DNA from: Balanoglossus misakiensis
Lineage: Eukaryota > Animalia > Hemichordata
NCBI GenBank assembly: GCA_040954595.2
Contig: CM082585.2
Span: forward strand, 5,357,808-5,421,807
Direction: 5' to 3'
Length of the DNA stretch: 64,000 nt
Part shown: positions 1 through 21,900 of the stretch, in pieces
How positions within the stretch are numbered: the first letter of the stretch is position 1
Layout of the letters: each line of letters opens with the position of its first letter
Program-made: the position numbers and the translations under genes
The notes under the pieces: model-generated
Seen by the model: only the letters and a program-made list of their open reading frames with translations
Databases searched by the model: none
What the model was told of the DNA's origin: nothing

Positions 1-8371
<8,371 letters not shown>

Positions 8372-8501
8372 ACCATCGCAGTTAAAAAAAATACTGGTGA
8401 AAAGTTATTTTCTTTTTTGTAATATTACAGTAGAAGTTGAAAACAGATGTGTGTTTTATTACCCATCGACTCCTGCCTTGGTATATGTACATGTATAGTG
8501 T

Positions 8502-9008
8502 TTACGTATCGTGTTCTGGTGAAGACATTGCTTTCAATTCTTCCTCTTCTGGGAGTTCGTTCTTTTCATTTGTCTCTTTGTGTTGAATAAATTCTAAGAC
8601 AAAGTACAGAATCCAGGATATCACCAGATGTATGAGAAGTAATATTATCTTGACGTAAACACAGACGAATAGACTTGTGGAGAAACCAATTATTCGTCCC
8701 ACTGATCTCCAAACAGGCAGGTTTGCATAGGCGGCTACTTGGTCCTTTGGGAAGGTTACTGCCGCAAGTGCTGTAAGAAGGATTATGTTGTGATCTCAGT
8801 TATTCTCGTAAATGGAGTTCATTTCATCGTATATATTGAGGAACAGTATTAACTAACGTATTTTACATGATAAACACTATTGTTCCGTGAAAGTATCATT
8901 TCAGATTTTGTCCAGTCCTTCTTTTTTGATTGTTTCAAAGTAGATAGAAATAAGCCTCTAATTTTGATAATAACAGTGTTGGTATTCTAGTTTTTGCTCA
9001 TTTGCTTG

Positions 9009-9076
<68 letters not shown>

Positions 9077-9087
9077 GCTGTTGTTGC

Positions 9088-9163
<76 letters not shown>

Positions 9164-9706
9164 GAGGAGGAGGAGGAGGAGGAGAAGGGGGAGAAGGAGG
9201 AGGATCATGATGATCATGATGATAACAATGATGATGATATTCGTTGCAATATTTCATCATCTCTTCAAGCTCTCCCACACAACACTTAAATACACGCAGT
9301 CAACTTACTTGAGTATTGATTCACAAGGACACTCTCAGCCAAGCCCCACAGTCCAGAAACCAAGAACACCATGTATATGCTCAAATTTTCCGGTGGCCAG
9401 AACAGCAGTATCAGTTGACAGGCAAGATAGGTAAAGAAAGCAGCCACCATCGGGATAACTCGCCCAAGTCTTCCTCCAGCCAGGCTTAGAATACAGAACC
9501 CTATCATACCTGTCGTGCCATAACAGGTAACAACATATCCAACCATATCTACACCAAACAGGCAAGCAACATAAGACTGCAGATCAAATAAAAAAGTTAA
9601 CCAATTATCAAAATTTGAGTGAAGAGTACGTTAAACATTCTTTCTTTCATGTTTGTTTGTTCGCTAATTATGTATGTATGTATGGATGTATGTATGTATG
9701 TATGTA

Positions 9707-9737
<31 letters not shown>

Positions 9738-10852
9738 ATGTATGTATGTGTGTATGTATGTATGTATGTATGTATGTATGTATGTATGTATGTATGTATG
9801 TATGTATGTATGTATGTATGCATGTATGTAAGATTATACAGCCTATACCGTTTCTCCAGCTACCCTCTTCTCCAGAAAGACCCAAAACTGATCAACCGAA
9901 AATGACAATCATGTTTTTTCTTACTGTTTACATCAAATATAAGCACCAAATCTGTATTTTCTATTGAAATCATGTGCAATCTACAAGTGTCACGTGACAA
10001 GTTAAAATAACTGTTACGTACCTTTGTAAAGTCTCCATTGAAGAATGACCCCTGAAACCCGGAATAACACGGCAGCAAAATAAGTAAGAGCATTTTGTGA
10101 TTTCCCCAAAGACGAATTGTTGCTCCGAGCAACTGCAGCGCTCCTTGTTTAGGCTTGTCATCATTGGGAGAATTGTTATCTAAGTTATCAATACAGAATA
10201 CAGTTATGGCCACAGCAAGGACTCCGAAACAGAGGTAAACTCCAAGAAGGATGTGTGTTGATCGCATATCAGGTGGGTCGCAGAAACTCGTTTGGTTTCC
10301 CTGCTTCACTCGGCAGTCACTGGCGCCGCACGTGTATAATTCCGTCCTGTCGCCTGCGAAGTCATCCTGGCTGGGGTACACCAGTGAAGGTACGAGGGCC
10401 CCGACAGGGACTGCTGCTTGGAACCAAATGTTGAAAACAGCAATCTGCTGGTTTACGGACGCGTCCACGGATTTCCCTGTCAGAGTTGAAAGCGTCTTGC
10501 CGGCCGTCGATAGGTGCACTCCCCGAGCGGTCAAGAGACTCGGAGACGACAGACCGACCAGAGCTGTGGCCGGGATCATGGTGTACCACTGTGGGTAGAA
10601 ATTGGCCGCGGTGAAGCAGAGAAATGGCACCATCGCCACGATGAGTGTCACCTTCACGCCAAACCGACCAATCACAAGCGGCGGCGAGAAGAAACCAGCC
10701 AATAGCGAGCATGCGTAGATCACTATCAGAGAAATGAATCCCAGGTCTGCGACACAGTTTATCGTGCTCTGTAAATTCTGTAGTCCGGCGAATGCTGCGA
10801 ATAAAAGGAAAAACGCGACTCCGGCGCAAATGGTGTTCTTCCACAGCAACAT
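8502..10852 (-). CDS. UNC93A: UNC93-like (UNC93A-type) MFS membrane protein, 3 exons
   Basis: Exons 10852-10022, 9576-9309 and 8770-8502 have consistent splice phases. N-terminal motif FFLLFAAFAGLQNLQSTIN, plus ANFYPQWYTMIP, CGASDC, FFNGDFTK-SYVACLFGV and AAYANLPVW, are typical of the UNC-93 family. Confidence 0.88.
9003..9240 (+). repeat. Compound (GTT/GCT)n-(GAG)n-(GAT)n intronic microsatellite
   Basis: Lies in intron 2 of the UNC93-like gene; source of the poly-Q/N/L/V ORFs. Confidence 0.95.
9670..9830 (+). repeat. (TATG)n microsatellite
   Basis: Directly visible, in UNC93 intron 1. Confidence 0.95.
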
Positions 10853-11932
10853 CTGCTTCGATTTGGAGCTTTCGACTTGTAATCTAGTGTCGATTGGGGT
10901 GTTGCTTCACCCTCTGCAAGAGGCGCCAGGTTGCCGTCATTTTGCTTCAAGTGCGTCATACCACCGACAAAGTCTATTGGTGTCTCTGTCAGCTTGCAAA
11001 AAATAACATATTTACTTTATCAAAATGCCTTAGTTAAAGGGGCACGTTGGCGAGACTGATTTTGCCCTTTATGTGTTCAAGGAGTTCAGTCAGAAAATAA
11101 AGGTTATTTTCACCAATCACAAATTTTACTCTTTGTATTTTATCGATTTTTTTACAAAACCATAAAAGCTTAAAGCTGTACACTTAATGGTAACTACATA
11201 CACAAATTTAACCCTTTTAAACTTAAGTTAACTGAGTCAACTTTGCTTTACCTGTGGTTAAATGGTTTCTACCAGATCACGTGATACAATTACTCATCGT
11301 TGCACTTTTGACAAAATCAGCCTGGCCGGACTTGCAAAAATATCGCAGTACAACTTGCAACCACTTGATACATATTTCTACGTCAAAATTTACAATTTAT
11401 GTGCACCTTTGCCACAAGCCGGCCATTGTTTCATACACGCATATCAGGTCAGGTCAGGACAACTCTGCTGAAACACTTATTTGCGACACATTGCCGGCTT
11501 TCCAAAACTGGTTTATCGATACGCAAATGACCCTTAACTGCGTTTGTCAAATTTTCCAAACATTTAAAAGTTTTTTATCACAAAATAACAGCCAAAAGAC
11601 CTCCTTAAATCAACAACTTAAGATTCTACTGTCGTACAAACGTCACTTATTATGATATCGTCCAACTTGGTGCCATAAACGTTCAAAGGTCGCGCCTCGC
11701 GAAGGGCGACAATGAACTGCATGTCAGATTCTACTGGCATAGGCCCTATACACAATCTAATTTATAGGGCTTTCTTCCAACGTGGTGCCATAAACATACG
11801 AAGGACGGCGATTCAGTGCACGTCAGGGCTGCCCGGTCGATCTCAAATTTGTGTTGTGTTGTCAGACTTTGCCCTTTCATGTCTATGACACACACGCTGT
11901 GAGGAACAATCTGCAGCGAAAGTAGGTCATAT

Positions 11933-11952
11933 CAAAGACCCTAGGGTCTATG
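11933..11952. mobile_element. 20-bp near-perfect palindrome with 7-bp flanking direct repeat (copy 1)
   Basis: gtcatat [caaagaccctagggtctatg] gtcagat; near-identical copy at 30571-30590. Confidence 0.65.
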
Positions 11953-13027
11953 GTCAGATGCAATGCCTATAGTTATACTAAATGATACACTAATGTAGTT
12001 CCGGTTGCAAAACGTTTACAAGAAGACGTTGTTGCGCCCTGCCAATGCCTGGTGTTGATGAAGAAACACTGTACCTGCATCTATCCTCGTTGCGTTTGCC
12101 AATTTTAGACTATTTACTGGAATTCCCCCAGAGACAAGCAAAGGCACCAATCTACCAATGTATACGTACCTTTGAGTCTGTGAGAAGTATATAAATGGTT
12201 CAGTGGGCCATAAACGTAGAGACACCGACTTCAAATCCTGTTTTGAAGCACCAATCTCACTGCACGATGGAATGCTCCATTTCATGAAAGGGGGTTATGC
12301 CTGCCACCTCCCGAATCACATCATAGATCTTCTAACATCGACTTCCGTCAGTACACCCCCTTTTCAGCTGTGAATGCGCCCGATACCAAGTTCCAGCATT
12401 GACCACATCACCAACTTCACCAGGCGAAGGAGGGTAGACTGATCACATGCGCAAGAACAAACGTAGTGTGCGTGTCGGTACTACTTTCGTCGACAACAAA
12501 ATAAACCCCCGAGAAACATTCACTTCCGGAAATTTGCACCCAGAGGCAGTTACAACACACGACACATTCTGTTGCATTTTTATTCTGGAAATGCACGCAC
12601 TGTGTACACGAGAGTAGAAAACTGTCACGATTGAACTAAAATATACAAACGTGTTGCATTAAAGTCATCATTTGCGTTTGCAAATAAGTTACCTGCATAA
12701 ACATCATTTCTAAGGTGTAGGTGGACTTTCTCACGGCAGACAAACCCTCTTCCAAGCTACTCCACAATCATTTACAGCCATTAAAAGGCTAAGTCCCCTA
12801 TCTCTTTCCGTTCCATGTTGCTTTAAAAAGTACATGCCAAATAAACACTGACAGTATTCTCTATTCTGACAAATACATTTGTTGATTCTTCCTCTTTGTA
12901 ATCGTCATACTTAAAAAAAAAAGTACAAACTGTACACAGCGGTTGCAACGTTGAAGACGATGCAGATTTTCGCCATTTTTAGGACACTAATTCTATCACT
13001 GGCCAATTTCTGTTCTCGACACCATCC

Positions 13028-16000
13028 TCATGCAAGCAGCGGCCTTTTCTCCGAGTCTCCATTCTTACTGTTGATGAGCTGGTTTTCCAATGTCGGCTTG
13101 TGATCCTGAAAGAACAGATAAGCCAAAATGGAGGTGAGCCCGTACACTCCTGTATGCGCATGCGCCAACGAGTTAATGAAATTCTTTTAATCCTATATCT
13201 TTCCCTATTGAAAGATTTGATTTTTTTCACAAATTCTTACACAATGTTACATCTTCACAACTAATATCAGGTAAATTACTTTCAAGCGAGTTCAGATTTC
13301 TCATACCCGGCTGAACAATTCCAAATTACATGTAGACTACTCCATCTGGAAAAAGATAACACTGACGACATATGACTGCTAAGAAGACCCCTGTCCCTCG
13401 TAGAATAGCAAATACACACTTCAGGCTGAGGGTTAGTAGAGTCACCAGTCAATATTTATATACCAGGATGTACGGACAGCACACACACACAAATCAAAAC
13501 TGGAGATATATTTGGAATAGATCAGCTGACCTGCGGGTCCGTGCTTCGCCGGAAGAGAATTGCTACGACCACGATGACCAACACCACTCCAATTACCAAC
13601 AAGATATATTCCATGTGGAATGATATTTGTTTGATCAGCACGAAACCATTCTTGTAGGTTGCGACGATGTCATCGGTTATCTTGACTGTCTGGAGATTAC
13701 ATACAGATTGGGTGTCGTTAAGTCGGTGAGTATTTTAACATATCCCCTAAGATTAACACACGTGCTCACTTTTCATCACTGCGCCAAAGTAAGCGACGTC
13801 GTAGAAGAATAAAATGTTGGAAAAGTTGTCTTATTGAGAGTAGCACAGTCTGCAGACTAGACAGGTCACGTGTGACCAGTTTTTAAACTGTTTATCAGGA
13901 TTCTGAACTAACAACTCAATTGGCTCTATCGATTTAACTTTTGTTGTACTAAGTATGTGGCCCACCCCACCCACCCCCAAAAAAATCTGCACTCACCTCT
14001 TCAAACCAGAGTACTGGAAAATGATTGCTTCTTACGTTGCCTGTTTCCCTGTGTGGAAACGACGAATGGCTTAGACTTTAGAACAGTCTAGTTTTATACG
14101 ATATATCTCTCTTTATCTGCTTTTATGGTCGATAAATCTGTGATCGCACAAGGATGAAGAAATGGATGAACATTTCTCACTTACTGTATATTCTCCGCTC
14201 TCTCAACATGTATATTAATTTGTAAACGCTCTGCAAATCGCCACGGCATTCCCAGTTTCTGGGAGTCAAAAACAGATGAACACAACGTTACTATGCAGGT
14301 GTGTATGTCCAGTCTCCAATCCAAGCTGCTGTAAACAGACAATGACATTCTATAATTCGAGTGTGTATACACTGTGGAAACGTGCCAGTCTTTCACCTGT
14401 TCACTCAGTGTATACAAAATGTACTCACGGCCTCCACATCCAGGTAGTTTTCGTGCAGCTCCTTGTCCGGGTCGAGTCCCTGGATTGCCTCAGCCAACCT
14501 GGGATCGCCGCCGTAGAAATGCGGATTCGAAACAGACATGGGTGCGCCTGTCAATATAGGGAGGGGTGGACGAACAGAAAAAACATCACCAAAAGTTATT
14601 ATTTTGCAGTATTCCAGATGAAGGATCTGAGAAACACGAAAGGCACTGGGTTTGGCAAACTAATATTGGCCTGAATCACAATGACGAATTTTTGTGGAAA
14701 ATTAACTAACACGGTTGCACTTTTTTATTTGATGATAAAAACCTACCTCCACGGCAAGGACCGACACTGAGCAGACCCGACGGCAAATATTTGGGTTCAC
14801 AGAATCCTTGGTTTGGCGGGTAATCTGTGCCGTTCGCGTAGGCGTACTTTGCCAGTGGAAAATGTAACAGTGTTACGCCCTTATAAACCACGTCCTCCTT
14901 GTATTCGTATGGCATGGATCTGAAACGAATCTCAGTTTTGTTACCATGGATACAGAAGATGATGATGGTTTCGTTGACGACGGTGCAGTTTGCGAAGTAC
15001 TAGAAAAGGTTTGGTGTCGGTGTGTGTAAACAATAGTGTAGGTTGGTTTGCCGGAAGCCTGGGTCTTGTGGACAAATTGACTATTGGTTTCATTATCAGT
15101 TGAAAAGACTGTCAAATATTGGTTCTCTTAGCATGCGTTATGTAGCAGAAAAGGAAAACAATTAATGAGAAAATATATGGAAAAGAAAAACGAACAAAAA
15201 CTACAACTGATCCCGTTTTCTCGGCCCTCCGTGACTCGCAACCGCCATTTTACTCACCTGCACATATCTGGAGTAAAAATGTACAATATTTCGCTTTTGT
15301 TGATGTACGGGTGGTACATTGAACCATCTGATAAGAGAAATCATCATTACAGTGCCAATAAATATTAAAATATGCAAATGACCAACTGAAAACACCCGCT
15401 GAGAAAAGTGGTCGGTTAGCAGCCTCGCTTTCATTCCATCAGAGAAGACTAAGGTCAAAAGAATACTCCATTTTATAGCAAGATATAAAATTGGGATCAA
15501 CAGGGTTCTAGGAGCATAGTCTGAGTCCCATCCCGCCGCTGGCTGTGCCATACTGGAATTATGTTAATGTGGCGGCAGGTCACGACCTTTGACATCTGGA
15601 GTTCAACAGATCTGTGAACTGTATATAGGATTCCATTTTGAATATTTACAACAGACGACGAATATTGGTGAAGGCCGCATGGGGAAACCTGCGGAATAGG
15701 CCTATGGGGGATTGTACCCATTGGAAGATTTTGGTAAGTCCCTATAAACAACAGTGATGGCGTTGGCGGGAAAGAGTTAAAAGTCGTCGATTTTGACTTT
15801 GTCTACCTGAGCTGTGATGATGAGGGTAGGGCCCTTACAAAATTATGCATGCAGGATCCACTCATTGAGAAAGTACACCTGACATACAAACATCGCGAAA
15901 CTCGTCATCTACCTTCCTTCCATCGTGGTTACACCTGTCAAAAAGTATGTGGAAGGTCACTCACCTGTACCATTTATCATATTAGCTATGTCGGTACCCC

Positions 16001-18160
16001 AATAGTCCAGCTTGGACTTTCCCGCCCACCTGTTCACCTCGTTCAACTTTGACCTATCATCCTCGCCCGTGAAGACTGTAAACACTCCAACGTTGGAATT
16101 GTTTTTCTGTAGAGAAGAAAACGATGCGTCTCTGAGAACAGAACTCATAAATGAACTGCTATGCTAAAATTTTACATACATCTCAGACTGATCACCCAAA
16201 ATTGCTCTTAGATTGCTCACACAAGACGGGTGTTCTTGATTTAGCAAAAAATATTTACCTACCCCGAACAAGAAACCAAAATGGTCGCTGGGAATGGTTT
16301 CCTTGCCCACCATTGGCTGCAGTCGTTTGAACAGCGGTTCTGGGTATCCCCAAAGCAGTTCCTTCACTGATAACTCTACAAAAAACTTTTCTTTCGTGGA
16401 TTTGATTATCTGGTCCATAAAGATCTGCACAAATCCAGGCTTGCTTTTCATTACATGGACTAACGTCTGAAACGAAAATGGGCTGTTAGCTGCATGTTTG
16501 TTAAACCTTCGTATTCATCAAACACAGCCGGTTGCAGATTGGTATTGTGTGTGGTGCCTTTGTTCTTGTGCAATGTATATGCATACTGTTATTGTTTACA
16601 AACTAGTTTTGGTCCGGACATAAAATATCTTTTTAGGGACACCCTTGTACCGTAATTGCTTTGAGCACTAGTGACAGCGTTTATGAAATTCTACATACAT
16701 TGTAGACAGGACACATCGTTTTCCATTCTATTTTATTTCTAAGTACATGTTGTTAATATCTCCATTTTTCGTTTCAACTTACGTATTGCCTGATATTGTT
16801 GAAGCCTTATGTGCTATAATGTCTATTTTTCACCATTTTTGTCATCAGAACATGTCTTTATTCCATGGCTGAGATGTCTAACTTACCACGAAGGGGATGT
16901 TTACAGTCGTGAACGTGTCATCTTCGCTCCCGACCGATATATTTCTTTCGTATGTAAACATTTGTGGCTGTACATAGGACACGGTGAAGTTCTCGTTCCG
17001 GGTGACGTTCTCCTTCGGCATGCGTACTCTGGAAGTAAATATTAAAGGTTTACTTTCCACTCCAATTTACATATGCCTTTATATGGTCAAAAAGACGTGC
17101 CTAAGTGCTCGAATGACCATATGATGTCACCAACAGACAATCTGCGACTGGCCATATTTGAATGGTAACAGTGGTTTAATTTGGTGACCGGAGTGTATCT
17201 TTAATGTTACTCGATGTATTTCTTGGTTTTACGACACGATTTATTAACCACATGCGTTGTGCTCATGATCCGTCGTTGGATGACAGTAATTCATCGCTTT
17301 TCACCTGTAAATGTAAGGACCAATTTGCCTGACGACAGGCCGTGCGCCTCGCAAAATATCCTCTTTGTTCTGTACATCGAAGAAATAAAAATGTTGATAT
17401 ATCGGAATGGGAGGGTCCTTCCAGGCGTCGTATATCCCCGAGCTTGGTCGGAGTACCATTATCTGGAGTTGGAAAATCGGGAAAAATGTTGAAATTTGGT
17501 CATGGCTAATACAAAACAGACAAATGGCGACATGTAAGAAACATGCGTACATAATTAACGAGGGTGAAATACCGTCAGACCAGGTATAGTGATACTACAT
17601 CCGAAATAACTGCAGTTTAATGCCCCCAGAACAAGATGGCGTCTCTCTGCATATTAATGACACCTAAAACCTATGAAGAATATCATTCCTTTCTAATACA
17701 TGTAGTTACCATCTTGTTCGACATAATTGTTGCTGTTCCGCCATTGCAGTATTGCAGCCAAGATATCACATGGTACATATTTGGCGCAAATCTGCAGACT
17801 GCAGCAACGGGTTGCAGTAATATTTACTGTTAGGCTTTTCTGAGCAACCGTCGGGCGAGAACTTTTGCCACGCGTGATGTTGGCTACCGACACGTGTCGT
17901 GTCGTGAATGTGCTTCGAATTCGCATTCATCAATTGACGTGGCCAATGTTACATGAACTGGGCATAGTGATATTTGACGTTTTGCTTGGGCCCGTTGGAG
18001 TATTGTACTCAGTTGTTGTAAATGGTGTTTTGGCATAGATACTTACGTTGTTGATTATACTAGCGTTGATGGCCACCAGGACGTGCGGCAATGCAACTGC
18101 GACGGCGATGCAGAACAAGGCTACAGCGGCGATAACGACAACTGTCCCGCGAGAAGGCAT
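13028..18160 (-). CDS. SCARB2: Lysosome membrane protein 2 / scavenger receptor class B (CD36 family), about 12 exons
   Basis: ATG at 18160 (MPSRGTVVVIAAVALFC, N-terminal TM). CD36-family motifs WKDPPIPIYQHFYFFDV, IGPYIYR, SVKELLWGYPEP, GVFTVFTGEDD, ANMINGT and NQGFC..LPSGLLSVGPC, then a C-terminal TM. The last exon DHKPTLENQLINSKNGDSEKRPLLA-TGA carries a [DE]xxxLL lysosomal signal as in LIMP-2. Confidence 0.9.
17042..17204. mobile_element. TTAA-flanked MITE, family A, degenerate copy
   Basis: ttaaagg...ctttaa ends; internal similarity to 35770-35967 and 48384-48560. Confidence 0.65.
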
Positions 18161-18940
18161 TGCAGAGCTTAAGTTTACCGTGTGGTTGCAGTCCACTGCA
18201 GGCGGAGAATGAGACACGCGGCCGCCCGGGCGCTGAGCACTGGTGAGTGGCGTCGGCTCGCTCCGTTCCTATCTCACCCTACTCTAAAGCCCGCCTCAGC
18301 TCCGTCGCCTCGCTGCCTTTCAAATGTATGCAAACGTGCAGCCTGCACCTGTTTGCACTAACAACATCTGCCGTGCGTCTGCGTGGTCTGTGGCGCTACG
18401 AGCCCAAAGGGCCACCTTTGTCTCGTGACTAGCGACATCACACGCGATCAAACCTTTCACAGATAGGTGGGGTGACCGCGACAAATTGGCTTTTTGTCTG
18501 TTGTATTGTTTACCCTCAATCTTGGAATCATTCTCCCTTTCCCTTTTTAATCAAGTCAAAATTGTACTGTAAACACAGTACTTAGAGTGGTTTAATCACA
18601 GAAAAGGCACGAAAATCTGTTTGTCAGTGTGGTTCAAAACATGGGATTCCAAATTTGCATAATATTGTTATTGGTAGGTCAGTCAGTCAAAACCGAGATT
18701 GTAAAATGGCGTCGTATCCCCCTTCAGAATCACAACAAATGTTACAAGGAAGAAAAAATGAGCAAGTACAGGCACGTCAATGTTACTGTATTTCACTAAT
18801 CGGTGGAATAGCTCTTACAACATCTTGAATGGAAAATCTTACATGCTAAACAAATCTTATTTTTACATCTTAATGACATCACTGTCTCCAAATGAAGGTA
18901 GCGCCCTCTTCTTTCGCATTGTTCCCTCAGGTCAAGTTGT

Positions 18941-21900
18941 CTAGGAAGACATCAGTGCCCGTTGATCTGCTAGAGGCGGTAGGTTAGCCTTCCCTCTCGG
19001 GTATTCATGTGCCAGGGCCTGGCCGCTGACGCCCGCGCCGAAGTTGATGTAGTGAATCTTTGGGGCCGCCATGTAGTCCTGGAAAGAATACATGTGGGTA
19101 AATAAATTTGTGTTGGTATGGAATTATAGTATAGTAACTGCAACTTTTGACTTCTGCTCTGCAAAAGATAGAAACTTGCTCAGTTTTTTAGTTTTTCAAC
19201 AGAACCCTTTTGCAGTAATCAGCCATGCTGTAGTTGAAAAACGGACGAGAATTGTTGCGCCTTTTGCCCGCCCCACTGGGCTGCGCTCATTGGCATTGGA
19301 ACCAACCATAACTTCACACGTGTCTGAATTCGGTGGCACGAACGCCATCTTTGTCAGGGGGGATCGGAGATAACCAAACTTAACTTAAACTACAAAATGC
19401 ATCGTATTTTCCGTGATAAATCTTTCCGAACTTACGTCGAATTCTAGAATGTGCCGCTGGAACTGGTCAAGGGTGGGGACCTCGGACACGCCGGCTTTGC
19501 CCTGCAGCTCTCTCTGTTTTCCCACCAGCTTCTTGTGAGACAGAGGCGTGGGTCGAATCTTTTTCTTGCAGGAGGCGTCTTCTGTCATAAAGAAAGACCA
19601 AAACGCAAGTGGTTTCAGCGTTTTCATTTTCACTGGGTTTGACTAAATCGGTTTTCTGCATACAACACCAATTTGCGAAAAAAAATAACGAATGGATCGA
19701 TAAACCATGGACGTGGATAAACCAAGTACTACAGTAACCGTAGAGTTTGTGAAATACTGCAGGAAAGTGTCCTTGGTTATATTGTCAATACGAGGGGCCT
19801 GTGATAGTGAAGAGTTTCTTCCAACAATACTACCTTCTCCTCCTACGCCCTTTTCTGGAGCAACGCCCTCCGCGTGGAGTTTGATCATTCCCTTCCGGGG
19901 TACCGTGGTCTTCACGACTTTCAGCTCGTCCCTATTCACAATTTTCTGGCCGTCGTGGATCAGCAGAGGCGGCAGGTATTCTTTCGCCTGGTGGAACGAA
20001 AAGAATCAACGTGGGAAATGACCCTGGTTTGGATTCTAATATGGTAGAAGCAATGAACCTACTGTAAAACATGTTATTTTCACGACAGGAAATTTTCGCG
20101 ATATCAAAAGAGGCAACTCTTTCGCGAGACCCTATAAATTTTCGCGTTCTCTTAATTCATTTACTGCATTGTTATCTCCGAAAAAATTTCACGCGACTTT
20201 TTATTTTCACATTATTTTGTCTCTCGCGTATTTCGCGAAAAAAATGTTGCTCGAGAAAATAACATGTGTTTACAATAAATGTATATGAAGGAAGATTTAA
20301 ACGTACGGATGAGACTTATGGATTTTTTTACTGCTTGTTACGTGACTCATCTTAATTTCGTTGGTGAAAAGACACCACTTTTAGCGATCATTGTGAAGTG
20401 TTCTCTATGTACAAGATACAACATGATCTTTGTGCGAATCCATCATAGGCGTATGGAAACACTCACCTCAGAAATCTCCGATTCAGTGCCGTCCACCAGT
20501 GACTGTGACACTTGCGCGTTTGGTGTGACCACCTGACCAGCCGGCGGGGTCGATTTCGTCCCTCCCGGTACGACTGGGGAAGCCTTCACCGCAACCTTCA
20601 AAAAAACAAACATGTTTCCGGTGTTATGAGACGTCGAATTGTCGTATTATGGGGGTTTCATTGTTACAATGCTATCTTTGACGTTTCAATGGCACCTGCT
20701 TATGTTTTCTTTTACACATGAAAACAGACAATATTAACAAAGCAGTATACAGCCACTCCTTGACTCTCTCACAGCCCCTGTCGCGGTCCATGCAAACTTG
20801 TATCTGAGTGCATACACAACACCATATGGGACTTCTCCTTTGCTAAACGGTTGAGGGCGAGTCAGTCTAAGCCACTCCTCCACTTGGTCGAAAGTTCCCC
20901 GGAAAGGACAATCCAAAGAATGACGTCATTTGCCTGGATACTTGGTCGATAAAAATGTATTTATAGTACCAGTGATGTCTTACCGCGTCTAAATTAGTGG
21001 CCTCTCTCGCTTTTTGTCTTTTCACTGCATTATGGAGGATAGTATACTCCTTTTCCTGAAAATAGAGTCATAATATATTAAATTGTCCTCAATTAAGTAA
21101 CAAGTACTGCAGTGTATCATGGAGGTACTAGAGAGTGTATTATGTAGGCTCTGGCCACACATCTTTACTCTAAGGTTACGTTATTAGGTTTCTGTCGGAG
21201 TTTGCCCTGTCATTTTGTTTAAGAACTGGACAAATAGCTTTTAAGACTTCAACACTGAATGTGGTTTGGAAGCTCTGTACGGACACTTCTGAATTCCTTG
21301 ATATTGGTAGAAAGCCATTAGAACACTGGACACAGTCCTATTTCAGGGCATTCTCCGTACAGAGATTGTAGTTAACCTGACTAGGGGGCCTGGCCGCACC
21401 AATCAGACCCCCTAGCCACGTTAGAATTATCCACGTGCTACAATCTCTGTACGGAGAATGGTTTCAGGGGGAAAACTCCCTTACCTGTTGCTTGAGGTTC
21501 TGTGTCAGCATGTTCACCGTGTCGTTCAGCATCTCCATCATCTGGTGTCCGCTGATTGTCAGCTGTCCCTGCAGAGACTTCCGTTGCCAGTCGAAGCGAG
21601 ATCTTTGGTAGCCCTTGAACTTGTCAGCGTCTGTCGTCACAAAGGGAAACCTTGTTTCAGTCGTTGATTATTGGGTAAACATAATGCTGGTACGATACAG
21701 CGAGCGAGTCAAAATAAAACGGACAGACAGACGTATCAACACAAATTTTAGTCCTTCGTTTGGTTCTTGTATTTTGGTTACAACGCCCTTACCCGTTTTT
21801 CCGAAAGCTGCGCCCATTTCATTATTTCGCTGTGGTGGATGGTTTCTGAAAAAAAATATGCAAAAAAGATTTACTAGTATTGAATGACATTCTCTTAAAT

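Noticed and set aside
8958-9434. Poly-Q/N/L/V ORFs
   Set aside because: A trinucleotide microsatellite inside UNC93 intron 2; open in several frames only because it lacks stop codons.
11661-11830. Imperfect local duplication ccaac.tggtgccataaac... upstream of UNC93
   Set aside because: Only two degenerate copies with no spacer structure; an ordinary tandem duplication.
12016-12440. Coding-like composition on the minus strand between SCARB2 and UNC93
   Set aside because: Stops in all frames examined and no recognisable motif; cannot be supported as a gene or pseudogene.
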